From Eledone cirrhosa (lineage: Eukaryota), in contig OZ024740.1 of the NCBI GenBank assembly GCA_964016885.1, positions 305,164,001 to 305,228,000 of the forward strand: DNA of 64,000 bases. Reading direction: 5' to 3'. A model generated the notes under the pieces. That model saw only the letters and a program-made list of their open reading frames with translations, did not search any database and was not told the DNA's origin. Numbering within the stretch: the stretch's first letter is position 1; every line of letters starts with the position of its first letter. The position numbers and the translations under genes were made by a program. This document shows positions 1-12,060 of this stretch, one piece after another.

Positions 1-277
1 GTCATGACTATCTTGTTTTAAAAATACATTATCTAATGTATTCTTGTTTGTTTGACACTTTTGTGACTGTATTTTTAATAAAATATACTCAATTAATTAG
101 AGAAATTTTAGGGATTTACTGAAATTATTAATAATTTCATTACACTTGTGGTACATACCTCTTCTTACTCTACTCATAATAAAAGTAGAATTCAGCATTA
201 CAAACCAGTAAAACATTCTTTGATATCAAAGTAATGCTACTGACAGTAGTGGACTTTGTTAAATGTTTCCATTATAT

Positions 278-468
278 AATAATTGTTTCTACTTTAGGCA
301 CAAGGCCAGCAATTACCCAGTGCATTACTGGTACTTCATTTTATCGACCCCGTAAGGATGAAAGGCAAAGTCAACCTCGGCAGGATTTGAACTCAGATCG
401 TAAAGAGACGTAACTATGCTGGAAAGCATGGCGTCCGACCCTCTACCGATACTGCCAATCCACCGCCC
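278..468 (-). mobile_element. tRNA-derived SINE family A (Nin/Deu-like core)
   Basis: A/B-box-like head (TGGCAGTATCGG...GAGTTCAAATCC), core GCCTTTCATCCTTACGGGGTCGATAAAAT, tail AGAAACAATTATT; many copies in window. Confidence 0.85.
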
Positions 469-682
469 ATTGTTTCCATTATATAATAATGCTGGGTCCA
501 TAGGAATTGCTAACTTTCTCATTGTAATCCAGTTCCTGTCAATTCAATCATCAGTACCTCTACTTAGTCTTAAATTCAATAAGAAAAATTTTATAAAACT
601 TTTGGTCTTATTACTTATTAGATAATATCGATGTAGAGAGGATTTACTGTAAATTAATAATCTGTTTTGTTTCACTTTGTAG

Positions 683-895
683 AATATCCTGGACATTAAT
701 TCCATTGCATCTTTCTGCGCTGTTTGAATGTCTCATGTCTGCAATACTGACTTTACTAATGTTTGATCCTAAAGGAAAGCTTTTAATATGGTCATGTCCA
801 GTGAGGCGTCTCTCAGACTGGTACACACTCTGGTACAATCCATCAACAAATTATGTAGACACAGTTTACTGCACCCAGGAAATTGTATATCCATT
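683..895 (+). CDS. JKAMP: JKAMP coding exon (ISWTLIPLHLSALFEC...QEIVYPL)
   Basis: tttgtAG acceptor 681-682, GTaag donor 896. Confidence 0.9.
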
Positions 896-3800
896 GTAAG
901 TGAGCTTTCTAATTTACTTTGTGATATAACAACTATTTTTTTTTTATTTATTAGATTTTATTTGGGATTCCTATTATTATGGTGTCAGATATTTTGATGT
1001 ATCCTGTGAATGTCTGTTAACTTTGAACTGATTTCTATATCTTTCTCTTTAATTTTAGGTACACAATAGTTATCATCTATTATGCATTTGCTCTCGGCCT
1101 GATGCTAGTCATTCGACCTTTACTTTCCTACAACTGTGTCAGCAAAAAAGGAACCACATCAATTTATGCTGCTCTCTACTTCTTCCCACTTTTAATATGC
1201 TTACAGGCAGTATTTGGGGGTTTATTATGTAAGTTTCTGTATATTGTAACAATGTTCAATTTTTATTTAGTAACTGTTGTTGTTATTGTATTACTGAAGT
1301 AGATTCTGCTCTGATAATAACCCTCATTAATCCTAGAGTCTATGAAGTAGGCTCTCTCTAATGTTTAGGTCTGTAACATTGACCAGTTCCATCACCTCCT
1401 CTCCTCCACTTTTCAATTCAATTACCCTTTACATATACCAGTTTGATTGACTACTTTTTTTTAAATTATTTCTGACTCTATTCCCAAATGTAACCCACTT
1501 TGGTAGAGGTCTCCAATTTATATCTCTTGCTCATACTATGGACAAATTCCAGACCAAGAGTGTTAACTACAGGCCTTTTTCTTTAGCAGAAACTAAGCCC
1601 CACACCACCAATTAATTTACTGACCTCAACAAATGTCAGTCCTCTAGTTAACTTGATTTAGACTGCTTCAATATCTACAAACATTTCAGACCCATAAATT
1701 CTCTTTGAAGGAGCTTGTTGCACTCCACTAATACCAACACTACATTGTTATCCAACTGGTTGAAAAAGGTGGCGCAGTTGTGATATGGTAAGCTAACATC
1801 TGCAGAGCCAGATCCTGCCAGAAACTCAGCAGCACATTTATCTATCTTAATCTACCTATCAACCACACTCACCACAAACAACAACCCATCTCTACTTCCA
1901 TTCTGTACATGACAAACGTCCACCATCTACTTCCTCCTCAATAATCCCAGCCACCCTATCATCTCCACTTACATCTGCCCAAATAAACTCATCTCTAAAA
2001 ATCTTAACTAACCATTCTACTCCTTTCATAGCAACCATCCCCTCCCACATGCATGACTCCATATATGCCTTGCCTCTTCAACTCCTCTTCCTTCCAGCTC
2101 TCTTCGTCCATCACAACTGTGATCTCATAGCCTTCAAATTATTTCTGGAAATTAAAATAGCTATGGGTGTTAAAATGAGCCCTAACTGCACCACCTTGTT
2201 TATTTGTCACGTTGAGGTCAACAAATTCACCTCAGAGCTATCAGCTTCACCGTTTAACGTCTATTATCCATGCTTGCATGGGTTAGATGGCTGTCACATG
2301 CTGTGGCCAGACTGGTCAGGTGACTAGGTCCTGCTCATATGTTTTGTTTTGGCTTGGTTTCTATGGCTGGATGTCCTTCCTAATGCCAATCACCTTACAG
2401 AGTGTACTGAGAGTATTTTATAATAACTCCAGAACTACCACCTTATAGGGTTGACTGGGTACTTTTCGTCATGGCACCAGCACTACTATCTTACGGGGTG
2501 GACTGGGTGCTTTTGTAGTGGCACCAGCACTGTTTCATTCCAGCATTAGGGTGCTTAGTGTACATGGTCGTACTTTGGCTTAAGGCTAGGGTCCACCATT
2601 TCATTGCTGGAGGGGGAGAGGGTGCCTGACTACCCTTCGTGGCCTAAAAAGGGGCATTTATATACTGCTTAAGACATATAACTGGATGGTGTCCATTATT
2701 TGGGGTTGTGCCAGACTTTCCTGTTTTGGGAGAGTGTTGAGGCTTCAGCAGAGAAAGGTGAATCAGTTAAGGTTCCTCCTAGATTTCCATGCTTGGGTTG
2801 GATGAAGAAGTATATTGGCAATGAGGACCTGAGAGTTGTTCCATCACTCTGCTTCTTCAGATTTAGTGTGGAGAAGGGGGTTAGGGGCATACTTACAGGG
2901 GATTTCAGGAGTACATTGGTGGGTGGGAGATGGGATGAGTGCTGTAATACCTCTCTGCTTATTCAGGTTTAGGGTACAGGGAGGTAGGTAGGTTAAACAT
3001 CCTGCTTCTGTTGCATTCATTTCACTTGCGTGGGAAGGTGAGTTTCTCATAATATGAAATATTGCCAGTTTTCTTAGTTCTGGGTCATCTCCTTTGTGAG
3101 GTTTAGCTGCTTGAGGTCAGTCTTCACCACATCATTCCAGGTTGAGTTCCTTTGAATTCAAGCACCCTGCATTACTTTATGCAGCTGTCATCCTTCATAC
3201 ACGTTACATGTCTATACCACTGCAGTCTCCTCTCCTGCACACTGCACTTGATTCCTCTTATACCCAGTTTTTCTCTCAGCTCATTGATACTTCATTACTT
3301 ATCATCATCATCATCATCATCATCATCACCATTTTACGTCCGTTCTTCCATGCTAGCATGGGTTAGACGGGTTGTCCTGTTGTGAGCAATGTCCGGTCGG
3401 TTGACCATGCCTTGCTCATAGGGGAACTGATTCTGGCTTGATTTCTACAGCTGGATGCCCTTCCTAACACCAACCTCATTTACAGTGAGTGTTGGGTGCT
3501 TTTTTTCCGTGGCGCCTACACGTCCACTTTACAGTGTGGGCTGGGTGCTTTTTTGCTGTGGCACCTCCACGACCACTTTGCAGTGGGAGGGTGTGGGGGC
3601 ATATTGTCTATATGCTTCAGCTTCAGCTTGTACCCGTGGAGGGTCGGGTCTTCTGTATTACTGCATGACGCCAGAGGTCACGGTCGTGTGTCATTGCCTT
3701 TGAGAGGCGTAATTGGGTAAGGTCGGCTTTTATCACCTCATCCCAGGTCTTCTTAGGTCTCCCCACTCCGCGGTTTCAATCGACTTCTAGTGCTCTGCAC

Positions 3801-6800
3801 CTTTTCATGCAGCTGTCATCCTTCATACGCATCACATGTCCATACCAACGCAACCGCCTCTCCTGCACACAGTATTTGATTCCTCTTATGCTCAGTCTCT
3901 CTCTCAATTCATTTATGCTTTGCCGTTCGCGTATATTACTATTACACATCCATCAGAGCATGCAGGCTTCGTTTCTTTCTAATCTACGCAAGTCTTCCAC
4001 AGACAGCGCCCAGGTCTCACTACTATGTAACATTGCTGTTTGTATACACGCATCATACAGTCTGCCTTTCATTTTGAGGAAAAAGCCTTTTGCAGCTAGC
4101 AGTGGCAGTAGCTCCATGAACTTCTTCCATCCCGTTCTTACCCTAGTTATTGTACTTTCCGAACACCCACCTCCGCTGCTAATTCGGTCACCTAGGTAGC
4201 AGAAGCTGTCTACTGTTTCTACAGAGCCCTCTCAGAGTTTGGTGGTACTTGTTTCCTGTGGCTGTTTGCTGCTTGCTGTCCCAGCACAGCTGCTACATGT
4301 GAAGCGTACATTCTTAGTTAAGCTGCCTGAGATCCTACTACATCTCTTGTGTACCCATTGTTTGCATTTGGGGCAGAGAATGGAGTTCCTACCTACACTG
4401 TTCCTACATACTGAGCAAGGCCATTTCCCTGAGGGGATCTGGGTTCTGTTTTCTCGTCTACTTACAAGGACCTTAGTCTTTGTCAGGTTGACTTTGAGAC
4501 ACTTTCTTTCTAATCCTTGCTTCCAAGTTTGGAATTTCTTCTCTAGTTCTACCATAGATTCAGCTATAAGTGTGAGGTCATCTGCATACAGGAGTTCCCA
4601 TGGGCATCCGGTCTTAAACTCCTCCGTTATTGCCTGCAGAACTATGATGAACAGGAGAGGGCTAAGAACAGAGCCCTGATGGACACCGACCTGTACGCTA
4701 AATTCCTTGTAATAGTCATTGCTAATCCTAACTTTGCCGACTGCTCCCTTATACATGGCTTGTACAGCTTTCACAAGCCATTCATCTACTCCTAGTTTTC
4801 TAAGAGCCCACCAGATTATAACACGGGGAACTCTGTCAAAGGCTTTCTCAAGATCGACAAATGCCAGGTAGAGCGGCTTATTTTTAGCTAGGTACTTTTC
4901 TTGTAACTGCCTCACAAAGAAGAGGGCATCAGTGGTGCCTCTTCCTGGCACAAACCAAAATTGCATCTCATCTAGTTTCACCCGGTCCCTAATCAACTGT
5001 ACTATAACTCTTTCTGTTACTTTCATGACCTGGTTCATCAGGTTTATACCTCTATAGTTTCCTCTATCTAGTGCATCACCTTTACCTTTGTAGCAGTTGA
5101 CAATGATGCTACTGCACCAATCCTTTGGTATGACACCTAGTATTACCTGGTTAACAATACGTGTGGTTATGGTGTGACCTACCGACCCAGATGACTTCAG
5201 CATCTCGGCAGCTATACCTGATGGACCGGTTGCCTTCCCCGTCTTCATATCTTTGATTGCCTTACTACGCTGCTGCTGACTTGTACTGCCGCCCCCCCCC
5301 CCCTCTTGGGGTAGAATCTCTTCTTCCCATGTATTCTCCTCATTTAGTAATCTATCATAATAGCTCTTCCACGCATCTTTCTTCTCAGCACTTGTGAGGG
5401 CAAGCTCACCTTTATCATTCCGGATACACTTCTCTCCAATGACATCACAATTCTCTCTGACACACTGCCTCGCAATCTTGAACACCTCCTGTTTCTGGTC
5501 CTCACGTTGCAAAACATGCTTGAATTTTCTATCCTCTGCTTCCCTCCTAGTTAAGTATACTTGTCGCCTAGCTTCCCTCCTGGTCTCTATGTAATGTACC
5601 CTGCTTCCCCCGTTCTTCCATTCTTTCCATGCCTGTCTCTTGGCCTTAACTGCCTCATCTACCTTATTGTTCCACCACCAAGTCACTCTCCTGTGGTCTT
5701 ACTCCAGCCACAGATGTCACCCGTTGCCTTTAGTAAGTTATTTTTTAGGAACTCCCAGTGCTCTTCTACATTGAATGTCTATATTTGTTCTTCTTTACTG
5801 TCATAGGCGTTGAGTAAAATATCTTTAAATCTGTTACTGGCTGAGGGGTCTTTCAGCTTCCAGATCTTTCTTCTCCAGGTTGGCTTCTGTTTCCAGGCTC
5901 GTCTAGTTCTGACCGTGAGGTCACTGACAACTAAGCTATGTTGGGAGGTACATTCCTCACTAGGGAAGGCTTTTGTGTTTATCACCGTCCATCTGTCACG
6001 TCCTCTGATGCGGATAAAATCTATCTGACTAGAATGCTCCCCTGATCTATAGGTGATCAGGTGGTTGTCGGGTTTTTTTAAGTTTGTGTTACATATCGAC
6101 ATGTCATTGGCGTTGCAGAAATCTAGAAGCCTGAAGCCTTCTTCATTTCTTGTGCCAACCCCATGGCCTCCATGGACTTTTATGTATATAACTATTGAAT
6201 GTCTATTGGTGCAAGCAAGCCTCATTTCTTTCCAATCTCCATAAATTCTCTGTACACAAAGCTCAAGTCTCATTTCCATGTAGCATTGCCATTCACATGC
6301 AAGCATCATAGAGTCTGCTTTCACTCTGAGGTAGAGCTCCTTTGTAGCTAACAGTGGTAGTAGCTCCATGAATTTTTTCAACCAGCCTTTACTATGGCTG
6401 TTGTCCTTAGTCACCTTATCTTTGCACCCCTTGTACTTCAGTATTGGAGTCATTAGTTACTTTATCTTTACACCTCTTTTACTTCAGTATTGGAGTCCTT
6501 AAACACCTTATCTTCATACCTCTTGTATTGGAGTCTTCAGTTAAACACCTCATCTTCACATTTCTTGTACTTTAGTATTGGAGTGCTTAGTTACCTTATC
6601 TTCACACCTCTTGTATTGGAGTCATTTGTCACCTTACTCTCACACCCTTTGTGCTTCAGGATGACATAAAACAATTTATGACTAATAGATTTACCAAGAA
6701 TATATTAAAGACCTTAGAAAAGTAATTTAGTATAGATATTTGAAATAATGTATACATCCGTGTGTATCCAGGTTTTTAGAATAAATACACTGTATTCTTG

Positions 6801-9623
6801 CTTGTCATGAGAGTTCGCTAAAACAGTTGGTATTGGGAAGGGCATCTGGCTGTAAAACATTGTCTTAAAACATCCTGTCAAACTCATTCTAGCCAGGAAA
6901 AGTGGACACAATCCAACCCTTGCTAGTAAGGAAAACAGGTGCTAAATAATGTTTCTAGTTTTAGCACAAGGCCAGCAATTATCTCAGTGTATTATTGGTG
7001 CTTTATTTTATCGACCCTGTAAGAATGAAAGGCAATAACCTTGGCAGTATTTGAACTCAGAAGGTAAAGGGCCATAACTCTATGCTGCAAACCATGGTGT
7101 CTGACGTTCTACCGACACTGCCAATCCACTGCCATGTGCTAAATAATGATGTTGATATTATCTTTACATAAGTTGTGCAACTATATTTAATCTTATGTTT
7201 TTATTTCTTTTGCCAGATTATGCTTATCCATATATTTTGATAGTGTTGTCCCTAGTAACACACGCAACACATCTTGCATATTGTCAAGAACAGGTAAATG
7301 GTTTCAAATTTTTTTTTTTCTTGAAAAGGTAGTAAAGCAAATTAAGGCTGTTTTATTGACAATGGTGTGAAAATAAAGCTAGCTTTAGTTTTATTTCAAA
7401 TTGGAGCCAAAATGTATAGAACTCAATGCTTGAAATTTCTAACATTTTATTGTTTTCTACTTTAGACATTGTACTGTTTTGGCTGTCATAATTTGACCAC
7501 AATTGTTATTTCAATAACACTAATAATAATGCTAATAATACTTAACTTGTTCTTCCTTGGTCTCTATACTAAGTCCCATGGTATAATTATTTGGGTTTTA
7601 ACATACACACCTCTTCAATTCAAACCCTAATGCATTCTATTTACTGATGTCTCTTAGGAAAATACATACTGCTTCTGTAAGCTAGTTGAAATCCTCTGAC
7701 TATAGATAAGTACCAGAAGGAGACACAACTCAATGCATGCATAACATGGTCCCAATAACTATTGACATATGGCATATCTAGGGCATTTTTAAACCTGGCA
7801 GAACCCATCCCTCCTCAGGTCTGAATACAGCATATTTCTTCCAGAGAAGGCTAGAGAGTGAGAGAAAGGAAGTGAGAAAGAGATATAGAGGAAGAATCAA
7901 CCCCAGTACTAGACTGGTACTTTTTTTATTGACTGTTAATGGATGAAAGGTTAGGTTGACCATGGTGAGATTTGAACTGAGAGAGCCAGAACTAGTACTA
8001 CAAAGAATACATAATAGATGAGTGTTTTGTTACTTTACAGTACTCAACACAGACCCTACATAACAGATGTGTGTTTAGTTACTTTACAACACAGATCCTA
8101 CATAACAGATGTTTAGTTACTTTACAACACAGATACTACATAACAGATGTTTAGTTACTTTACAACACAGATACTACATAACAGATGTTTAGTTATTTTA
8201 CAACACAGACTCTACATAACAGATGTTTAGTTCCTTTACAACACAGATACTACATAACATGTTTAGTTCCTTTACAACACAGATACTACATAACATGTTT
8301 AGTTCCTTTACAACACAAATACTACATAACAGATGTTTAGTTACTTTACAACACAGATACTACATAACAGATGTGTGTTTAGTTACTTTACAATACAGAT
8401 CCTACATAACAGATGTTTAGTTACTTTACCACACAAATACTACATAACAGATGTTTAGTTACTTTACAACACAGATACTACAAAACAGATGTTTAGTTAC
8501 TTTACAACACAGATACTACATAACAGATGTTTAGTTACTTTACAACACAGATACTACATAACAGATGTTTAGTTACTTTACAGTACTCAACACAGATCCT
8601 GTCCATTGACTATTGCAGAGAAAATGTATATACACATAAATTCCACACTCTTTCCAATAAGTCTTTGTGGACCATGTATCAAAGCATTATGTCAGATGGT
8701 TTGATAAACTTGGGAAAGTGTATATTTTACATTTTTATTATAAAATTAATATACACCATTAAGAGATTTTATTTCAGTTTTTTTCTGTCCCTTAGTTTTA
8801 TTTATTTACAATTTAAAAAATAAGAACAGTTATTATTTCTATAAAAAATAATCCAGAGATTGAATTTTTAAAAAAAAACTTTTGAGCATTTCAAATTCTG
8901 ATTTCAATTTTGGTCTGAATATAAATTTCAGTTTTGAAAAATAAATTTACATTCAAATTATTTTTTTTTCTAATAGCATAGTCAATCTAATGGTTGGTTA
9001 AGTGCACTAGTCTATGAGTTTAGTGTGTTTATAAACACTAGTTTAAGAAGAACAAGCAAGCAATATCACAAGATGTCCCAGATATGGTCAATGAAATGTG
9101 ACCAATTTACCTCTAGGGATAAAATAAGGAGTTTGATTTAAAATACTGAGAACGTTACCAAATGCAAGAAATACCTGAAACCAGGGTGTGGTGTAATGTA
9201 ATTGTAACAACCAAGATGAGGATATTAGTCCAAATAAATCAGTTTATAACAATTTATAACTTGATTTCAAATCATAAAACCTAATTTAAAATTTTTTTAA
9301 CTGCCTTAATTTGATGAGAAATTCCCAACCTTGTCCATGAAATAAGAAATTCTCATCAGTCTTTTGTTTCTATTTCTTGGATTTCTTTCTATTTTCAGAC
9401 AGTTCTAGGATTACTGAAAGAGAATTTCACCAAACTGAACAATTTAGTAATAATTTTTGGACATTGGCTCTTGCATGCTTATGGAATCATTGCCATTACT
9501 CAGCTGAAAATACCAGAATTTCATGCCTCATGTTTGATCCTTGCTATATTTCCAACATTGTTTTATATAGTCACATCAAAATTTTCAGATCCAAGTTTCA
9601 TTAATCAAGCTTTCAGCATTTAA
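683..9623 (+). CDS. JKAMP: JNK1/MAPK8-associated membrane protein, 3' part (4 coding exons; 5' exons not seen, probably upstream of window)
   Basis: Exons 683-895, 1059-1228, 7217-7293, 9399-9623 with GT-AG introns and compatible phases; motifs LSDWYTLWYNP, CTQEIVYPLYTIVIIYYAF, SIYAALYFFP, GGLLYYAYPYI, HWLLHAYGII match JKAMP; TAA at 9621-9623. Confidence 0.93.
1059..1228 (+). CDS. JKAMP: JKAMP coding exon (YTIVIIYYAF...AVFGGLL)
   Basis: ttttAG acceptor, GTaagt donor 1229. Confidence 0.92.
1290..2240 (+). mobile_element. Degenerate Penelope-like retroelement RT fragment
   Basis: VEKGGAVVIW (~1759-1788, cf. ADKGGAVVVW) and IAMGVKMSPNCTTLFICHVE (cf. GVAMGTRMGPSYANLF); boundaries approximate. 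Confidence 0.65.
2250..3295 (-). mobile_element. Older RTE LINE 3' end with long 3' UTR
   Basis: 3100-3290 similar to the RTE ORF end at 3700-3900; shared GGATG(T/C)CCTTCCTAA tail motif; related inverted segment at 14720-15225. Confidence 0.7.
3301..6180 (-). mobile_element. 5'-truncated RTE-clade LINE (endonuclease C-half, RT, Cys/His finger, 3' UTR, (GAT)n tail), frameshifted
   Basis: ORF 4232-5686 with FVDLEKAFDRV, GVHQGSVLSPLLF, LLYADDL; EN motif SQIDFI in ORF 5779-6453; (CAT)n at 3301-3328. Confidence 0.93.
6195..6385 (-). mobile_element. Diverged RTE fragment (post-RT region)
   Basis: Aligns by eye to 3955-4130. Confidence 0.7.
6410..6660. repeat. Degenerate ~35-45 bp tandem repeat
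   Basis: Repeated CTTCACACCTCTTGTA...GTATTGGAGTC units. Confidence 0.75.
6945..7134 (-). mobile_element. SINE family A copy
   Basis: Collinear with 278-468. Confidence 0.85.
7217..7293 (+). CDS. JKAMP: JKAMP coding exon (YYAYPYILIVLSLVTHATHLAYCQEQ)
   Basis: ttttgccAG acceptor, GTaaat donor; continues the frame of the previous exon. Confidence 0.9.
7777..7985 (-). mobile_element. SINE family A variant with different tail
   Basis: Same core; inverted homologue at 52403-52670 ending AAATGCCCTAGA. Confidence 0.7.
8020..8600. repeat. ~38-bp minisatellite, about 15 units
   Basis: TACAACACAGATACTACATAACAGATGTTTAGTTACTT units with 36-40 bp variants. Confidence 0.95.
9399..9623 (+). CDS. JKAMP: JKAMP terminal coding exon (TVLGLLKE...GHWLLHAYGII...KFSDPSFINQAFSI*)
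   Basis: ttttcAG acceptor, JKAMP C-terminal motifs, stop TAA. Confidence 0.92.
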   Translation, partial: TVLGLLKENFTKLNNLVIIFGHWLLHAYGIIAITQLKIPEFHASCLILAIFPTLFYIVTSKFSDPSFINQAFSI

Positions 9624-10439
9624 TAATTTACATACGATAAATTTGTTAGATTTTTCTCTTTTTCCCTTTTTTTTTTGTTTGTTTGTGTGTGTTTGTGTGT
9701 GTGTATGTGTGTGTGTGTGTGTGCGCGCGCGTGTATGTGTGTGTGTTTTATGGAATTCGATGTGATATTCTGTTGAAGTTACTATTTTCATAAAGAAATA
9801 GATTATATTGACATGTTTTGAGTCTAGTTGAAGAGAGAATGAATCTTATTTATGAATTTGTATATATATATCTATAGGTATATATATATACACGGGCAGC
9901 CCTGATTACATGCCAGGGATATGTTCCCAGAGAAGTTTGCGTAAATGAAATCAGTGTGTAATCAATAATCAATCAAATATATTGTGAAGTGAATAGGAAT
10001 GAGTTTTAAGCATCCAAAATTTAACATTTTTTTTTTTCAATAAAAACCTGTTCACATAAGGTTTTATGATATCAATTTGCTATTTTGATATAAAAATAAC
10101 TTAATAAAATAAATACCATAAATAAATTGTATATTCATTAAGTGATTCTAACCAAAGTTGATAATACAATTTTTTGTTAGGGTTGATTTCATCCAGTATT
10201 TGTACTGGTGATAATGTTAGTTCTGCAATGATGGCCTTGATTCAGAAACTAACACTGCTTATAATATCACTTAAAGTAGCTGAATAACAATTCTAATTAG
10301 TAAATGAATGGTCATTCTTTATTTACATTCATCAAAAGTGAAGTCAAAACACAGAAAATTATGTGAAAACATTGTGAACAAGCTGTTACTGACACTGGTG
10401 TAATGATTAGGTCTTTTCTTTACTGCTACTTCTTGGCTG

Positions 10440-10835
10440 ACTTATTCCTTAGAGGGTTGTTGGGGCAGCGTCCTCAAACACACATTCCAGCAGATCGTGT
10501 CAGAAGCAACTGATCCAGCTGGATCCCCTGCATGACCAGCCAAGCACATGGATGTTATCCAACCATCTTGCTCAAGGCCTATCCCTGGGTCTCCTGCCAG
10601 TTGGTTTTGCCCGTAAAATCTGTCCAGCGATTCTTTCCTGAGACATTCTAACCACATGCCTGTAGTATCGGAGCTGTGAGCTCTCAATTCGGAGAAGTAG
10701 TGGCTCTATCTGGAGTGACTCTCTGATATCCGAGTTATGCACTCTATCAAGTAACGTTACTCCAAAGACCCTTCGGAGGAACCCCATTTCGGGTGCTGGT
10801 ATTTGCAATCGTATCTTTTCAGTCATTACCCCACA
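10440..10835 (-). mobile_element. 3' end of a second RTE-like LINE family
   Basis: EMGFLRRVFGVTLLDRVHNSDIRESLQIEPLLLRIESSQLRYYRHVVRM; related pieces at 39955-40070 and 42900-43030. Confidence 0.8.
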
Positions 10836-11639
10836 TGTTTTACAGTTATCAATTATACTACGTATCAGTTGCTTCATTAATTTGATCTCAGTCACATTAA
10901 ACTTTTAAAATAATTTTAATGCATAAAATTGTCCAATATACCAAGGAATTTCAAAGTATTGCACAATCTGTGATGTCTTCATTCTATGACTTTGTACTTA
11001 TGACATATCTGTTACAAATAATCAAGTTAACTGCTGTTACCATATCTGGAAACAGAAAAGGTCTGGATCACAGTAGAAAGGCCTCAAAGATTACACAAGT
11101 GTACAACTTTGTAAAACACATACAAATTCTGCCAAAGAAACTCATAAAAATTTCTTTATGACCATACTAGTTCTCTGAAAAAAATCAGCTGAACAAAATA
11201 CTGCTTGTCTAATATGGATAATGGGGTAGGGGTTTTAATATAATGTATGAATTTTTCACAAAAAATTGCATTTAAAGAAAAGATCTCATTTGTAAACTCA
11301 CTTTCACTATGAGTTGATTGACCAAAATTGGAACTAGGGAAAATTTCAAACCGGTGTAAAATCAAGGCCACCTGCATATTTATATATGTTGAGGTCGGGT
11401 CAGTGACCTGTTACTCTAGAGTTTCGTCAAACAGTGCTTAATTCCTATAAAATACTGCCAAAAAACCCTCTAACAGATAGAAGAATCTCCAAAGTAACAG
11501 GCTTCAAACTTGACCTTAAACTATTAATCTTTACTCTGGTATTAAATACTTACCCATGCATTCATCAATAGTAAACAAATATATATATATCACCATCATC
11601 ATTTTACATACATTTTCCATGCTGCTATATATATATTCT

Positions 11640-12060
11640 TCTTGCTCTTGCTCGATGAGACTGAGGTCATCCTAGGTCAGTGATCCCAGAGGCCTCATCA
11701 TGCGTAGAGCCAACTAAGTTCACCAGTGCCCTCCAATGTTTGCCCCTCTGCATCCTTCATGGAGATCTTCCTTGATGACATCCAGCCATCTGGTGCAAGG
11801 CCTGCTGTAGGGCCTCTTTCAGCCTGTAGCTGCTGTGTCAAATGAGAGTAAGGCTCTGGTAGGATGATCTGATGGCAGGCGGAGGACATGTCCATACCAG
11901 CATATGAGGCGGCAGGTTATGAGCTGATGTATGCACGCACGTAACTTTGTTAGAAACGTGGTGGTACCATCTGATGGTCCTCAGGGATTCGTTATCAAAG
12001 CCGTTGATTGTCTTTGTGAGGGGTCACGTTTCTGCTCTATCGAGAACGGAGAAGAGCCTT
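11640..12060 (-). mobile_element. LINE 3' fragment (post-RT)
   Basis: Minus strand encodes WYGHVLRLPSD and R-G-P-x-RWLD-type motifs with frameshifts. Confidence 0.65.

Noticed and set aside
5779-6453. Single 224-aa protein
   Set aside because: Chance in-frame join of a post-RT fragment and the endonuclease part of a separate RTE copy
8020-8600. Possible CRISPR array
   Set aside because: Units are contiguous with no variable spacers
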